A DNA stretch of 64,000 nt from Alloprevotella sp. (GCA_045636885.1 JAZTYI010000088.1:38759-102758); one strand, 5' to 3'. Positions 33,601-44,306 are shown, counted from the first letter of the stretch. Notes: a model not told the origin generated them from the letters alone. A program made the numbers and translations.

Positions 33601-33789
33601 CTAATTAAAGGGAGATGAATCTTCCCAGAAGTTTGCCCATCCCTTACGACGATTGGTATTGAAATCATCATCGGTACCAAACCCTTCAACAACGCCAATC
33701 GACTCTTTCTCTACAACAGAAGTGGGAAGTAGAAGTTCGGAAACGAAGTTTAGAGCTACTATTTGAGGGGTAATATATTCTTTCTTCAT
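33601..33789 (-). CDS. 62-aa small peptide (MKKxYxxP type)
   Basis: MKKEYITPQIVALNFVSELLLPTS...GWANFWEDSSPFN; ATG at 33789. Confidence 0.7.
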   Translation of the reverse strand: MKKEYITPQIVALNFVSELLLPTSVVEKESIGVVEGFGTDDDFNTNRRKGWANFWEDSSPFN

Positions 33790-33852
33790 ATATAATGATT
33801 GTTTCCTATCCACGGATGACAAACCACCCGTGGATAGCATCAAAACATGTTA

Positions 33853-35007
33853 CTAAAACAATACCTTTTTACCGTTAACGATATAGAGGTTGCCCTTCTT
33901 AGGTGCATAAACGCGACGGCCCTGGAGGTCATAAATCATGTCACCATTCTGTGACTTATTCACTTCGAGGTCAGAAATGCCTGTCGTGCCATCAACCAAG
34001 TTCATCTTAACTGATTGTGAAGAAATAGTCACGTCATTACCATTCTTATCGGTCAACATCATATACAAGCGGAAGGGAATCAAAGATGTTTCAGGTGCCA
34101 TTTTCTGCCATACACCAGTCTTGTTGACAGCATAGACATAGTTTCCACCTTCCAAATACTGACTTTGCGTCTTTGCATAAACACCCTTAATCGCATAGTT
34201 GAGATGAGCAGATTCGCCCTTAACCGCTTGTTGCTTTTCGGGTAATGTACTGTGCAAGATGCTACCATTCTGCTGAATAACCAAGCTCATCGCCTCAGCA
34301 TTCTTCGGTCGGATGACATAAGGATGGTTCGCTTCAAGCTTAGCGATATTCTTCAACTTAATAACGACAACCTCCCATGCATCAAGGACACCATCTTTAT
34401 TATTATCGTAACCGAGTACCTCATCGATGGCTGCAATGTCATAATTCGCAAGGAAGTCGGCGGTCAACTCCAACTGGAAGGGAAGGTAAAGCGCATTCCA
34501 CGTGTTGTTGATGCTACGTGTGTAAGTGAGCTCACGCACATACTTCTCTTCCAAGTTCACGAACTCTGTCATCGTACCATCGGCAATCGTTATTTCATCA
34601 ATGGCTTCATACATCAAGATTTCAGGCTTACTTACACGAGCCTGAATGTAAGCGCGATAAGGAAGAACGGAGTCATCAGCATCCGCCATTATCAAACTAT
34701 TATCAGCACCCAAGAGGTACATGCCTTGTTGTTTCGCATCTGCTCCTGAGATGGTGGCCAACGTGCTAGAAACGGCGAAGTTTGCACCTTCCACCTTTGG
34801 CATGTGGTTCGGAACGGCCAACACCTCAGTTTCAACATTGGTGCCGAGGGTCATGTCTGCGTTAGCTACAAACACATAAGGTTGGTTCGCCTCCATCACG
34901 TCGACGGGCTTAATGAGTACGGCATCAGTAATGTCGCCCACGAACTGATAAGCCTTAGCGCCTGCAGGAACGGCCATAGTGAAGGGTAAACTGAGCGTTG
35001 TCTTCAC
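33853..35007 (-). CDS. C-terminal part of the giant LRR protein, with Prevotella-type T9SS sorting tail
   Basis: In frame with 35020..40182 across one TAG; TLSLPF, WNALYLPF, TTGI..., IYDLQGRRV...LYIVNGKKV. Confidence 0.8.
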   Translation of the reverse strand: MKTTLSLPFTMAVPAGAKAYQFVGDITDAVLIKPVDVMEANQPYVFVANADMTLGTNVETEVLAVPNHMPKVEGANFAVSSTLATISGADAKQQGMYLLGADNSLIMADADDSVLPYRAYIQARVSKPEILMYEAIDEITIADGTMTEFVNLEEKYVRELTYTRSINNTWNALYLPFQLELTADFLANYDIAAIDEVLGYDNNKDGVLDAWEVVVIKLKNIAKLEANHPYVIRPKNAEAMSLVIQQNGSILHSTLPEKQQAVKGESAHLNYAIKGVYAKTQSQYLEGGNYVYAVNKTGVWQKMAPETSLIPFRLYMMLTDKNGNDVTISSQSVKMNLVDGTTGISDLEVNKSQNGDMIYDLQGRRVYAPKKGNLYIVNGKKVLF

Positions 35008-35019
35008 GCCCTGCTCAAA

Positions 35020-38000
35020 CTAGCGATCGTAACTGATCGTAGCGGCTTTGAACGTACGGGGCGCAGCAAAGTCGGCGTTGTCCGAGAGAACCAAATGGTC
35101 GCACTTCAAATTACCGCCCTTATGATATACAACATTGTTGAGCTGGCCTTCCATTGCGAGGTCCTCGGGAGCATAGATCAGCGCATGCTCGTTGATACCC
35201 AACTGAGTGAGTTGGCTTTCTGTGATGACATCCTTCGCGTTGGTCTGTGCAAAGTCAGCCCACAACAACTTCATGTTGTTCGCAAAGGCATTGTTTTCAA
35301 TTTTCGCAAGTGTAGCAGGAAGGGCAACCTTCTGCAACTCTGTCAATGGCGCAAATGTTGTAGCCTTAACAGTGTCAATGGCTGATTGCTTCAATGAGCT
35401 GAGGTCCTTCACACCATTGTGGACGTCAAACCATCCGTCGATGTTGGTCACTTCTCTCAATTGGTCGTTGTTCATCATGACGTGCGAACCATACGCGCGG
35501 AACAATGCATCGTCTGCATACTCATGCTTGATTTCCTTTGCGTGTGAGGTGTACTCCGTATCCTCCACATATTGTTTGTAAATGCTGGATGCTACGTACA
35601 TCTTTTCTACCTGATGGGGTTGGTCAGAAACAGGGTCTGTAAATGCGTCACTATCCATGTTGGGCTTCTCGTTACACAAGAATACAATGTGGTTCAAGTT
35701 CTTACACTTACCGAAAGCATTGTTGCCAATCTCGGTTGTAGCATCACCCACTACGATGGTCTGAAGGTTCAAACAATCGTAGAACGCATTGTCCGCAATC
35801 TTCGTTGTATTCTTAGGAAGAATCACGGTTTCCAACATGTCGAGTTTCCAGAACATGTGTTCAGGCACTTCGTTGTCGTTCTTAACATAGTCATTGTGAC
35901 CGTCTCTGTTGAAGCAAATATCATAGTGGTCAGTGCAGATAGTTGCTTCATAGAGGTCAAGATAGTTCATGCGTGCAAAAATAACTTCGTCGGCATCTTC
36001 TTCTTCACGACCTCCGAGCATACGCAACACGGCAATATCCTTACCATTGATGCTACCAGTAACCTTCAACGCCTTGATGGAAGTGAAGTCACCACTGATG
36101 CGACCAACATCGTCATCGTCATCCATATCCACGGTGAAGCCGAGTTTTTCGCCCAATGTACCAGGAACTGCCACGTGTACTACCTTGATTTCGCTCTCCT
36201 TCTTCTCGCGGATACCCTGGATGTGGTCAGCATACTGAGGCCATGCCTTGCGGTAAGCATCTTCCTTGCCGGGTGCTACATAAATCACGAATTCCTGAGG
36301 AAGATCCTTGAAGGCATCTGTTGCCAAGGTGGGGATTTCATCGCTAATTACATTGACAGCGGTCAACGAAGTACAGCCACTGAAAGCACCGGCAGAAATG
36401 GTTTCCAATGCGCCTGACAACGTCACCTTTTCAAGGTTTGAACAGCCACGGAACGTATTGTCACCCAAGGTCTTGATACCTTCTGCAAACAACAATTCGT
36501 TGAAATACTTCACCTCAGTGTTGCCTGTAATCAAATTATCTGCGCTAGTCACCTTTGCAAGGTCGTCAGTAGTGTAAATGCGCTTCTGAGCCAACGCACG
36601 CATGAGGGCATCATCCTCGAAGGGAGAAGTCATGGAGTAGGAACGAGTGTAGTAAGCGTGACTACCCATTAAGTGGGTGCCATAAGCATTGGGAGCATAG
36701 AAAGTCTCTACACGATTTTTTTTATCCCAAGCATCCTTGTCGGTAGCAGGAGCTTCATTACAAAGCAGGATGACTTCCTTGAGCTTAGCGCATTCATTCG
36801 TTACATCCTCGCCAATGCTATTGGTGTTGTCACCAATCACAAGACGCTTCAAATTGTCGCAATTTTCAAATGCGCTCTCCATAATCTTCGTTGCGCTCTT
36901 GGGGAGGATAAGGGTTTCCAACTTATCAAGTTCCCAGAACATATAGGTGCCAACGCTGTTGTCCTCGGTAATAAGGTCGTTTGACCCATCCTGGTTGTAA
37001 TCTTCGCCACCTGCCTTGATGTCGGCATCATAGAGGTCAAGGTACTTCAAGTTACCGGCTACAAGCTTTTCACAGTTGTTCACATCGCGACCGCCCAAGA
37101 AGCGGATAACGCCGATGTCAGTACCGTTGATGGGACCCGAAATCTTCAGACTATCATACTTGCTAAAGTTGCCATTGATAACGAGCGGATCGTTGCCAAC
37201 GGTTTCAAGACCAAGTTGATGCGCTAAAGTTCCTGCTTCAGTAAGCGTTACTTTGAGGATACCTGTTTGCTTGTTGCTTACAGATTTAATGTGGCTGGCA
37301 TACGCTTCGACCCAAGCGGTCTTATATGCTTCAACTGCCGATTCGGGCACGTAGATAACGTAGTCGCTAGGAATATTTAAGAATACATCAGCTCCTAATG
37401 TAGCAGGAGTTTCCGAGAGGAAGGTGATGCTCTTAAGTCTTGAACAACCATAGAACGCTCCATCAAGTATTTCGGTTACGCTTGCAGGAATCACGATATC
37501 GTCAAGCGATTCGCAAGAGTGGAAGGTAGAACGATCAATCTTAGTAAGTGTAGAAGGAAGTTCAATGCTCTGCAACTTTTTACATTCCCTAAACATTTCA
37601 GGAATTGTAGCGGTAAGATTGATCTGTTCAAAAGCCTTAAACTCGCGGAACGAGATATATTTCTGATAGGCGAACTTACTCAAAAATCCTTCTTTATCGT
37701 TTATGTTGCCCTGCATCACGTCGTACACATCAAAACTACCGCCTGTGATGGGCGAGGTGTATTGCAAACCTGCATCCTCAAGTACTTCAGCAAGGGCTGC
37801 GTCTTCGGTTATAATCAAAGAGGGCAAGAAGCGGTCTTGATATTGCGCCCACGCAGAGTCAGCCTTGAAGGCATCCACGGCTGTAGTCACCATTTTCACC
37901 TTGAACTTATCACTTCCGGCAAACACATCCTTGCCCAATTGTACACGACCGGGGGACATGGGCTCTACGCTGTTATCACCATCGGTGCGGAAGTAGAGCA

Positions 38001-40182
38001 TGTTGATATACTCCAAGTTGGGACAGTTGGCAAAGGCTTCATCGTTGAGCATGAACGAAAGTTCGGTGTAGGAGTCACCAAAACCAGCCAATCCCTTCAA
38101 GTCGAACATAGAGATACCCTTGAGGGTTGCGTTGCCCTTGAAGGCACCCTTCTTCACATAGTCAAGTTTGTAGTTGTTGTATTGACCGATGTCGTTGAAG
38201 AGTCCGAGCTCACCACCCTGTTTAGTCAAACTACTTTCATCAGGACCGATAACGTGTACGTGCTCAATAGTGTGTCCTCCAGGATACTCCTGCATCTTCA
38301 AAGAGTTGTTCTCGAAGCTATAACTATATTGTGCGCCATAAACGCTATGGTCAGCCTTTTCGGGAACGTCCACGACTTCAAAGTTGTCCTTATACTTTTT
38401 CCAAGCTTTGTTGTTAACGAAGTCTTCATACTTTTCTTTGCCGATGCGAATCTTCAACTTGCTCATATTGCAACCTGCAAAGAGGTCGTCACCGCAAAGG
38501 ATGAAGTTTTCGGGACCGAGGGGTATAGAGCGGTTGGTGTAGTTGCTCCACATAATCAAGTCGAGCGTTTCAAGGCTTGTACAACCTTTGAATGCCTGAT
38601 CAGGAATTACGACAAGCATATCCTCATACATTTCGCCCGTGTTCACGTCCTTGAACTGTATGGTCTTGATGAGGTCCTTGTTGTGGAAAGCTTCGTTGCC
38701 AATGGCTACGGTTGCATAGTTGTAGACGGTGCCGATATCGTTGTAAAGGGTAACCGTCTCTTGGTTTGGTGCTTCCTTCACATACATGTGATAGATGGTA
38801 TGCTTGTTCTCGGTCATCAACCACTGACCGCCATGCAAAGCCCACGAAGGTTCACGACTTGCTTTATTAACTATAGTGTTTGCCAAATAATCCAAGCCGT
38901 TCGTAGCGGCAGCCGAACCGATTCCGACACCTATTGCGGCCAAACGAGTCGTGGCTGCTCTTTCCATAAATATACGCATGGCTTCTGAACGAACAACGCT
39001 TACCAATTCACCTCCAATTTCATCGACTAACTGGACAGCGCTTTCCTTTATCATCTGCTCAACCATCTCCATTGCAACATCTTGATAGACACCCTGTGAT
39101 ACCAACTGCGCTGCTAATTGTTGCTTACTTGTTATAAGTCCAGAAGTTGTGCCATAAGAGACCAAGGCTGCAGCTACTTCCACACCAATGATGGCTGCAT
39201 TCCACCATGATGACTGAAGGCGAGTAAGTTCCGATGTAGGCAATGAGTTCAACGTTTTGGCTGCATAGTCGTAAACAACGCCCTCATGGGTAATGGGGTC
39301 ATATACAGTAGGCAGATAATCCAATGCGACTATCTTGTCGGCATACTGACTCCAGTTGGGGTCGTTCAAAAACGCGTCGTACATGTAGGGAGCCACCTGA
39401 ATGCGGAAATCGGAGTGGCAACCATCAAACACATTCTTACCGATGAACACATCCGAGGGCTGAAGCATCTTGTAATAGTTGTCTCCTTCCGTAACCAGGT
39501 AGAACATATTGAATGTCTTCAGGTTCTTACAAGTCATGAACGCACCATCGTGGATGACCATGTTCAGCATGGTGTTTGCATTGGCTGAGGCGGACGCACA
39601 ATCCTCGAACACAACTGATTTGATGTGCTCGTTGCCACGAAGGGCCGTACCGTCGATGGCAATGGTCTTGTAGTTGTAGGTCGTACCAATGTCATTATAG
39701 ATGCGCATTTCGCCATTGAGCTTATCGAGGGCGTTGTTATCCACACCCACAATCTGCATGTACCAAGTTTCTTTATCTGGTGCGGGCGAAAGAAGGTTGT
39801 CAACATCAAGGTTCCAGAACTTAGGGACCCAGGGTTCAACCAACTGCTGCATCTCGCTCATATTTTCGCTCGAGAGTTGTTCGCCAAAGTAACCATAGAT
39901 AATGCCTTTTTCTGTATAAGTAGTAGCGGCACGGGTTACAACATTGGTTCCCGAAGCGGAGCGTGTACGCGTGTCGAAAATTGTGTCGCGAACAACAAAA
40001 CACTGCGCTACAGAGTCATACTCCATAGCCGAGGCAGGAACAGCCTTGGTGGCAAGAGGATAAGGCAGTGTTTTTCCACCAATATCTTCCTGCACCGCGT
40101 TCTTGCTGTCTGCCCATGCCGAAATCGGCAAAACCTGCATCATCAGCGAGACGAAGGCTAACATGTAGAATCTTTTATGCAT
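35020..40182 (-). CDS. BspA-family (LRR_5) leucine-rich repeat surface protein, N-terminal part
   Basis: Signal peptide ending AWA; many TpLRR repeats (LxSIxLPxxLTxIxxxAFxxC); repeated YNDIGxxYNY and LRxLGGR/YLDLY modules. Confidence 0.88.
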   Translation of the reverse strand: MHKRFYMLAFVSLMMQVLPISAWADSKNAVQEDIGGKTLPYPLATKAVPASAMEYDSVAQCFVVRDTIFDTRTRSASGTNVVTRAATTYTEKGIIYGYFGEQLSSENMSEMQQLVEPWVPKFWNLDVDNLLSPAPDKETWYMQIVGVDNNALDKLNGEMRIYNDIGTTYNYKTIAIDGTALRGNEHIKSVVFEDCASASANANTMLNMVIHDGAFMTCKNLKTFNMFYLVTEGDNYYKMLQPSDVFIGKNVFDGCHSDFRIQVAPYMYDAFLNDPNWSQYADKIVALDYLPTVYDPITHEGVVYDYAAKTLNSLPTSELTRLQSSWWNAAIIGVEVAAALVSYGTTSGLITSKQQLAAQLVSQGVYQDVAMEMVEQMIKESAVQLVDEIGGELVSVVRSEAMRIFMERAATTRLAAIGVGIGSAAATNGLDYLANTIVNKASREPSWALHGGQWLMTENKHTIYHMYVKEAPNQETVTLYNDIGTVYNYATVAIGNEAFHNKDLIKTIQFKDVNTGEMYEDMLVVIPDQAFKGCTSLETLDLIMWSNYTNRSIPLGPENFILCGDDLFAGCNMSKLKIRIGKEKYEDFVNNKAWKKYKDNFEVVDVPEKADHSVYGAQYSYSFENNSLKMQEYPGGHTIEHVHVIGPDESSLTKQGGELGLFNDIGQYNNYKLDYVKKGAFKGNATLKGISMFDLKGLAGFGDSYTELSFMLNDEAFANCPNLEYINMLYFRTDGDNSVEPMSPGRVQLGKDVFAGSDKFKVKMVTTAVDAFKADSAWAQYQDRFLPSLIITEDAALAEVLEDAGLQYTSPITGGSFDVYDVMQGNINDKEGFLSKFAYQKYISFREFKAFEQINLTATIPEMFRECKKLQSIELPSTLTKIDRSTFHSCESLDDIVIPASVTEILDGAFYGCSRLKSITFLSETPATLGADVFLNIPSDYVIYVPESAVEAYKTAWVEAYASHIKSVSNKQTGILKVTLTEAGTLAHQLGLETVGNDPLVINGNFSKYDSLKISGPINGTDIGVIRFLGGRDVNNCEKLVAGNLKYLDLYDADIKAGGEDYNQDGSNDLITEDNSVGTYMFWELDKLETLILPKSATKIMESAFENCDNLKRLVIGDNTNSIGEDVTNECAKLKEVILLCNEAPATDKDAWDKKNRVETFYAPNAYGTHLMGSHAYYTRSYSMTSPFEDDALMRALAQKRIYTTDDLAKVTSADNLITGNTEVKYFNELLFAEGIKTLGDNTFRGCSNLEKVTLSGALETISAGAFSGCTSLTAVNVISDEIPTLATDAFKDLPQEFVIYVAPGKEDAYRKAWPQYADHIQGIREKKESEIKVVHVAVPGTLGEKLGFTVDMDDDDDVGRISGDFTSIKALKVTGSINGKDIAVLRMLGGREEEDADEVIFARMNYLDLYEATICTDHYDICFNRDGHNDYVKNDNEVPEHMFWKLDMLETVILPKNTTKIADNAFYDCLNLQTIVVGDATTEIGNNAFGKCKNLNHIVFLCNEKPNMDSDAFTDPVSDQPHQVEKMYVASSIYKQYVEDTEYTSHAKEIKHEYADDALFRAYGSHVMMNNDQLREVTNIDGWFDVHNGVKDLSSLKQSAIDTVKATTFAPLTELQKVALPATLAKIENNAFANNMKLLWADFAQTNAKDVITESQLTQLGINEHALIYAPEDLAMEGQLNNVVYHKGGNLKCDHLVLSDNADFAAPRTFKAATISYDR

Positions 40183-40348
40183 AAGATATATTTTTAGTAG
40201 TAAATAATGTTTAACGTTATTTTTTTACTTCAAATTATGTGTACTTCTTTTTATATTAACTCACTCATAAAACGTCGTTATTCAAACAATGAAAGATGAA
40301 GAGGTATATTCCAGAAATATACACTCTTCCCTGGGTTGCGGTCAGCAA

Positions 40349-40639
40349 TTATTCGCCGTAAACCTTAATTGTCTGCTTCATTACGATTCCCCAGAAGTAG
40401 CTCTTTGTGTAAGAATCAACGTGAGAGATCTTTGTAATGCCAGCTTCCTTAGCAGCTTTGTCAATACCATTTTCTTCACCCTTAGAACTCCAAGTCCACA
40501 AGTAGATAGTGCTTTCAGCAACACCACACTTTGTGCCGAAGGGGTTTGTTGTAACTGCAACAGGATTTGAAACTGTTGCACAACTTGTTACCATTGCGCA
40601 AGCAAGTACTGCAGCTGCAGCTTTGAATGTACGCTTCAT
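40349..40639 (-). CDS. TRL-like family lipoprotein
   Basis: Lipobox VTSC; GTKCG, GIDKAAKEAGITKISHVD. Confidence 0.75.
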   Translation of the reverse strand: MKRTFKAAAAVLACAMVTSCATVSNPVAVTTNPFGTKCGVAESTIYLWTWSSKGEENGIDKAAKEAGITKISHVDSYTKSYFWGIVMKQTIKVYGE

Positions 40640-40741
40640 AATTAAATGAGTTTAAGTTGTTAATAATAGTGTTGATATAAGCATGGGGGATTTTCCCCTT
40701 GTTATCATAAGATAGTGAGTGACTGGCGAGTAACTTTGAAC

Positions 40742-41641
40742 TTACTCCGCACGAGTGATGATGAACTCTACGCTATAATAATCAAAGGCTTCTGTAAATG
40801 CTTTTTTATAATCTTCCAATGCTTCGTCTGTTACTTCGGGAGCAACACCGCCTTCAAACAACATGAGCGCATAACCGATGAACATATTTGCTACGTCTTC
40901 TTTGTCGAACACGAAGTAAACGGTGTTCTTGTCTTTACTCTGCAACACCTTAAATGTTGATTCAATCTCATGCTCAGCTGTTTCGCCACTAACGGTCAAA
41001 TACAACCCATCAATAGCATAATTCTTTGTCATGGGATAATCTTCACCGTTCGTCAACACATCATAGGTAAATGTACCATCATTCTTAAATTCAACATTAC
41101 GGAAATAACGTTGTGCGGCATATTTAATAAATTCACCACTGAGTTGTGATGTCTGCATGATTGTGGGAGGCACAACTTGTCCGTTGATAGTGCCACCAGG
41201 AATCACAATTTCATCCTTCACGGGTTTTGCGCTAAACGTAATATTAGAATAATCCCATTTGCCTACCAAATCTGTTTCATCAGCCAATCTTGAGTAGGTA
41301 TAGACGCCATTAGAAGTATTGATGCTCAGCGTGTTTTCTGTAATCGCGAAAGTACCAGACACACGATTGCCGTCTTCAAAAGAAATGCTCAGGTTAGTAC
41401 CATTTACCGTAAGAACGCCATGAATATCTTCATGAGATTCATAGTTGTAAACTCGATAAGCAACAACACTATTGTCATCGTTGATAATCAAAAGATCTCT
41501 GAGCGTTTCTGACTTGCTATACCATCTCCCCTTCAAACTTACGGGCGGAGCAGTGTTGTCATCATCAGAATCACATGCAACGAAACAGACACTCATAAGA
41601 ATGGCCATCAGAGCCATCACGAACGTTTTTAAATTCTTCAT
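40742..41641 (-). CDS. lipoprotein with lipocalin-like domains
   Basis: Lipobox FVAC-DSDDD; two LxGxW motifs (LKGRWY, LVGKWD). Confidence 0.75.
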   Translation of the reverse strand: MKNLKTFVMALMAILMSVCFVACDSDDDNTAPPVSLKGRWYSKSETLRDLLIINDDNSVVAYRVYNYESHEDIHGVLTVNGTNLSISFEDGNRVSGTFAITENTLSINTSNGVYTYSRLADETDLVGKWDYSNITFSAKPVKDEIVIPGGTINGQVVPPTIMQTSQLSGEFIKYAAQRYFRNVEFKNDGTFTYDVLTNGEDYPMTKNYAIDGLYLTVSGETAEHEIESTFKVLQSKDKNTVYFVFDKEDVANMFIGYALMLFEGGVAPEVTDEALEDYKKAFTEAFDYYSVEFIITRAE

Positions 41642-41883
41642 AAATTATTACTTTGATTAAGTGGATTAATGTATCTCGATTTAACGAATAATAAAGACTG
41701 TTTATACAACTTTTCCTCGTCAATACGTTCACGGAATCGACTATGCTTCTTGAGTAGATTGTTACAACATCTCACCCATCCTTTTCATATTTTTCACAAA
41801 TTTACTCTGAGATTTTTACCCCTTAAAATATCAAAATCCTACATTTTAACCTATATTGCAGATATTTATACCCAAAAGTAGGA

Positions 41884-41945
41884 AATGTAAACATAAATGT
41901 AAACAGACAAAACATGACTTACCACATAGAATTTACATAAATTTG
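41884..41945 (+). promoter_or_regulatory. direct repeat plus -7 box in the divergent region
   Basis: AAATGTAAACA x2 (41884-41906) upstream of TAAATTTG (41938-41945). Confidence 0.45.
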
Positions 41946-42060
41946 CAGTATGTAACACGAAAGATTAACAAATATCAGCAGTGTGTTTACAAGATTTTGT
42001 CCCTATCAAATGTCTTGATTTATAAGTTTTGCACAATATCACAAAACAACCACAAAAAAA

Positions 42061-43989
42061 ATGAGTACCCATTTTTGGAGCAAAAGAATCGTTTTATGCC
42101 TCTTGGCGACATGGACATGCTGTGCTTGTTTCGCGAATGAAAGTCTTTACCAACAAGCAAGAACTTTACAACGCGAAGGCAAGTTTGACGATGCCATAGC
42201 TACCTTTCAAAACTTCTTGACGCAACCCGTAGATGAGAAGGATTTTGACGAGCAACAACAAACGCTTCACACCGAGGCGTTGATGCAACTGATGAACACC
42301 TACCAAAGCAAGGGTGATCCTGAAGCGTGTGTCATTGCCCTGCAGGAAGTGTTTAAGACATCACCTGCCCTACAACACCAATGCTTGAGAGATTACTACT
42401 CCGTGTTGGGGTACGCTTTGTCGCGCACAGAAAACATGAAGGAGGCGGAAGAGACCATGCTTAAAGCCCTAACCCTCCCCCTTAACCAAGCAACTCCCGA
42501 GCGCTATTTCCGCGATTATGCCTATGCGGCGGCGGTGTTTTATAGCAATCCGAACTATCAGAAAGAAGTGATTAATTGGTGCGAAGAGGCGTTGCGCCAA
42601 GCTGATTTGTGCAAGAACACTTCGGGTAAACAATGGGTCACAGCCATGCTTGGGGCTCTTTACAAGCGAAACGGACATCTCAACAAAGCCTTAGCGCTCT
42701 TTCAACAAAGCAAAGAAGAAGCCGAACACAAAGGCGATAATTTAGGGGTGCTCAATAGCCTTCACGCCTTAGTTGACTTCTTCCTGTATTGGCAAACTCC
42801 TGAATATGCCGACATCTATGCTTCCGAAGCCCTGCGCGTGGAGCATGCCATGACTGAAAAGAATCCCATGGTTTCGGCACAGACATTTATAAATAAAGGA
42901 TGGGTGAAGATGCAACTGGGCGAAGTGGATTCCGTGGCAGTATATACAGAACGCGCACGACAACTTTGCCACTCCCTACCCTACAATAGCGGCATGGCGG
43001 ATATCAACTTATTGCATGGCACCTACTTAACGGAACAAGGCGGTGATTCTCTCCAACTGGGCATTCAAGAATTATTACAAGTCGCTCAGAAAGCAACACC
43101 ACACAATCGTGCAAAAGCATATCATCAGTTAGGGTTGACGTATTTGAAACTCGAACAATCTGGCATGGCGGAAGCTATGCTTGATAGCATGTACGTACTG
43201 CTCACCCCTAGCGACGCTACTACGTATATCTTCATTGACTACCAACCCATTCTTAACCATTATCTTAAGAACAACAACCATAAGAAGGTTGAGCAATACA
43301 CCCAACTAATGCTTCAAGAGCGCCAAGCGTTCAAAGAAAAGAAGCTGAACTTCAACATCATTGAGAGCATCGTTAATTTACAAACAGCTCAGAAGCAACA
43401 AGAGTTGGAACTCACACAGCTCCGTCAAACAAACCAACTTCTCTTATTTCTTTGTTGCATTGTCATCACCTTTGTTATCATTGCCGTAATCACCATCCGC
43501 TTTTTAAAGCAAAGAAAAGCGCATGCGACACAGATGAAAGAAGCCGATGAAAAACTCACTTCGCTCGTAAAACAACTCCATCTCTCGAACGCCGAGAAGA
43601 GCATCAGAGCGCAGGAAGTAAAAGAGTTACTCGAAGATAAGGACAAGCAACGAGAGTTTGAATTTCTCACACCTTCTGTGCTTCAAACGAGCGGTGAAAC
43701 AAAATTCCGCCAATGCTTTGAATTACTCCACCCGTTCTTCCTGCCCCGCCTCCGCGAAAGAGTGCCTTCCATCACACGCCGTGAAGAACTCCTCTCCATG
43801 CTCATAATCCTCAAGCAAGACAACAAGCAAATCGCCGAACTCTTGGCCATTGCCCCACGAAGCGTCCTCATGCTTCGCCACCGCTTCCGCCAAAAGATTG
43901 GAATGACCACCGAGTTATCACTGGAGGACTTTATCACCGACACATTGCAACAAGAATCCACAGGTAATAACCAGGACACCATCGAATAA
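42061..43989 (+). CDS. TPR-repeat, single-TM, C-terminal LuxR-like HTH regulator
   Basis: Signal peptide, TPR-like helices, TM (LLLFLCCIVITFVII), C-terminal ITRREELL...NKQIAELLAIAPRSVLMLRHRFRQK. Confidence 0.8.
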   Translation: MSTHFWSKRIVLCLLATWTCCACFANESLYQQARTLQREGKFDDAIATFQNFLTQPVDEKDFDEQQQTLHTEALMQLMNTYQSKGDPEACVIALQEVFKTSPALQHQCLRDYYSVLGYALSRTENMKEAEETMLKALTLPLNQATPERYFRDYAYAAAVFYSNPNYQKEVINWCEEALRQADLCKNTSGKQWVTAMLGALYKRNGHLNKALALFQQSKEEAEHKGDNLGVLNSLHALVDFFLYWQTPEYADIYASEALRVEHAMTEKNPMVSAQTFINKGWVKMQLGEVDSVAVYTERARQLCHSLPYNSGMADINLLHGTYLTEQGGDSLQLGIQELLQVAQKATPHNRAKAYHQLGLTYLKLEQSGMAEAMLDSMYVLLTPSDATTYIFIDYQPILNHYLKNNNHKKVEQYTQLMLQERQAFKEKKLNFNIIESIVNLQTAQKQQELELTQLRQTNQLLLFLCCIVITFVIIAVITIRFLKQRKAHATQMKEADEKLTSLVKQLHLSNAEKSIRAQEVKELLEDKDKQREFEFLTPSVLQTSGETKFRQCFELLHPFFLPRLRERVPSITRREELLSMLIILKQDNKQIAELLAIAPRSVLMLRHRFRQKIGMTTELSLEDFITDTLQQESTGNNQDTIE

Positions 43990-44219
43990 GTGTCTTGAGG
44001 TCATGATGAACCGCTGAAACGTTACATACAAGTGCGCGAAATTGGAAACTTTTTACTCAATAATACAGAGAAAGTGGCGAAATTAGCAGGCGAAATTAGC
44101 AATTGTGTGGACATGGAGGCAAACCTTCATTTTTTAGCACTACACTTCTCAATCGTAGATTTTGACGCATTACATGGTGCTTATTTTTTAACGATGCTTA
44201 ACTTCTTACAGATTTTATC

Positions 44220-44250
44220 TTTGCCATCTTAAAATAAAAGCGTACTTTTG
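44220..44250 (+). promoter_or_regulatory. consensus promoter for tkt
   Basis: TTTG 44220-44223, 19-bp spacer, TACTTTTG 44243-44250. Confidence 0.7.
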
Positions 44251-44306
44251 CCGAAAATATGAACTAACAGCCCTTGGGCAATTATCAAAATTTCCAACTT
44301 TACAAA

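Noticed and set aside
37519-38988. 489-aa antisense ORF and other long shadow ORFs (35572..36417, 23141..23728, 26378..26911)
   Set aside because: Explained by codon bias of the sense gene; no motifs.
33853-40182. Diversity-generating retroelement acting on the LRR gene
   Set aside because: No reverse transcriptase and no template/variable repeat pair seen; internal similarity is ordinary domain repetition.
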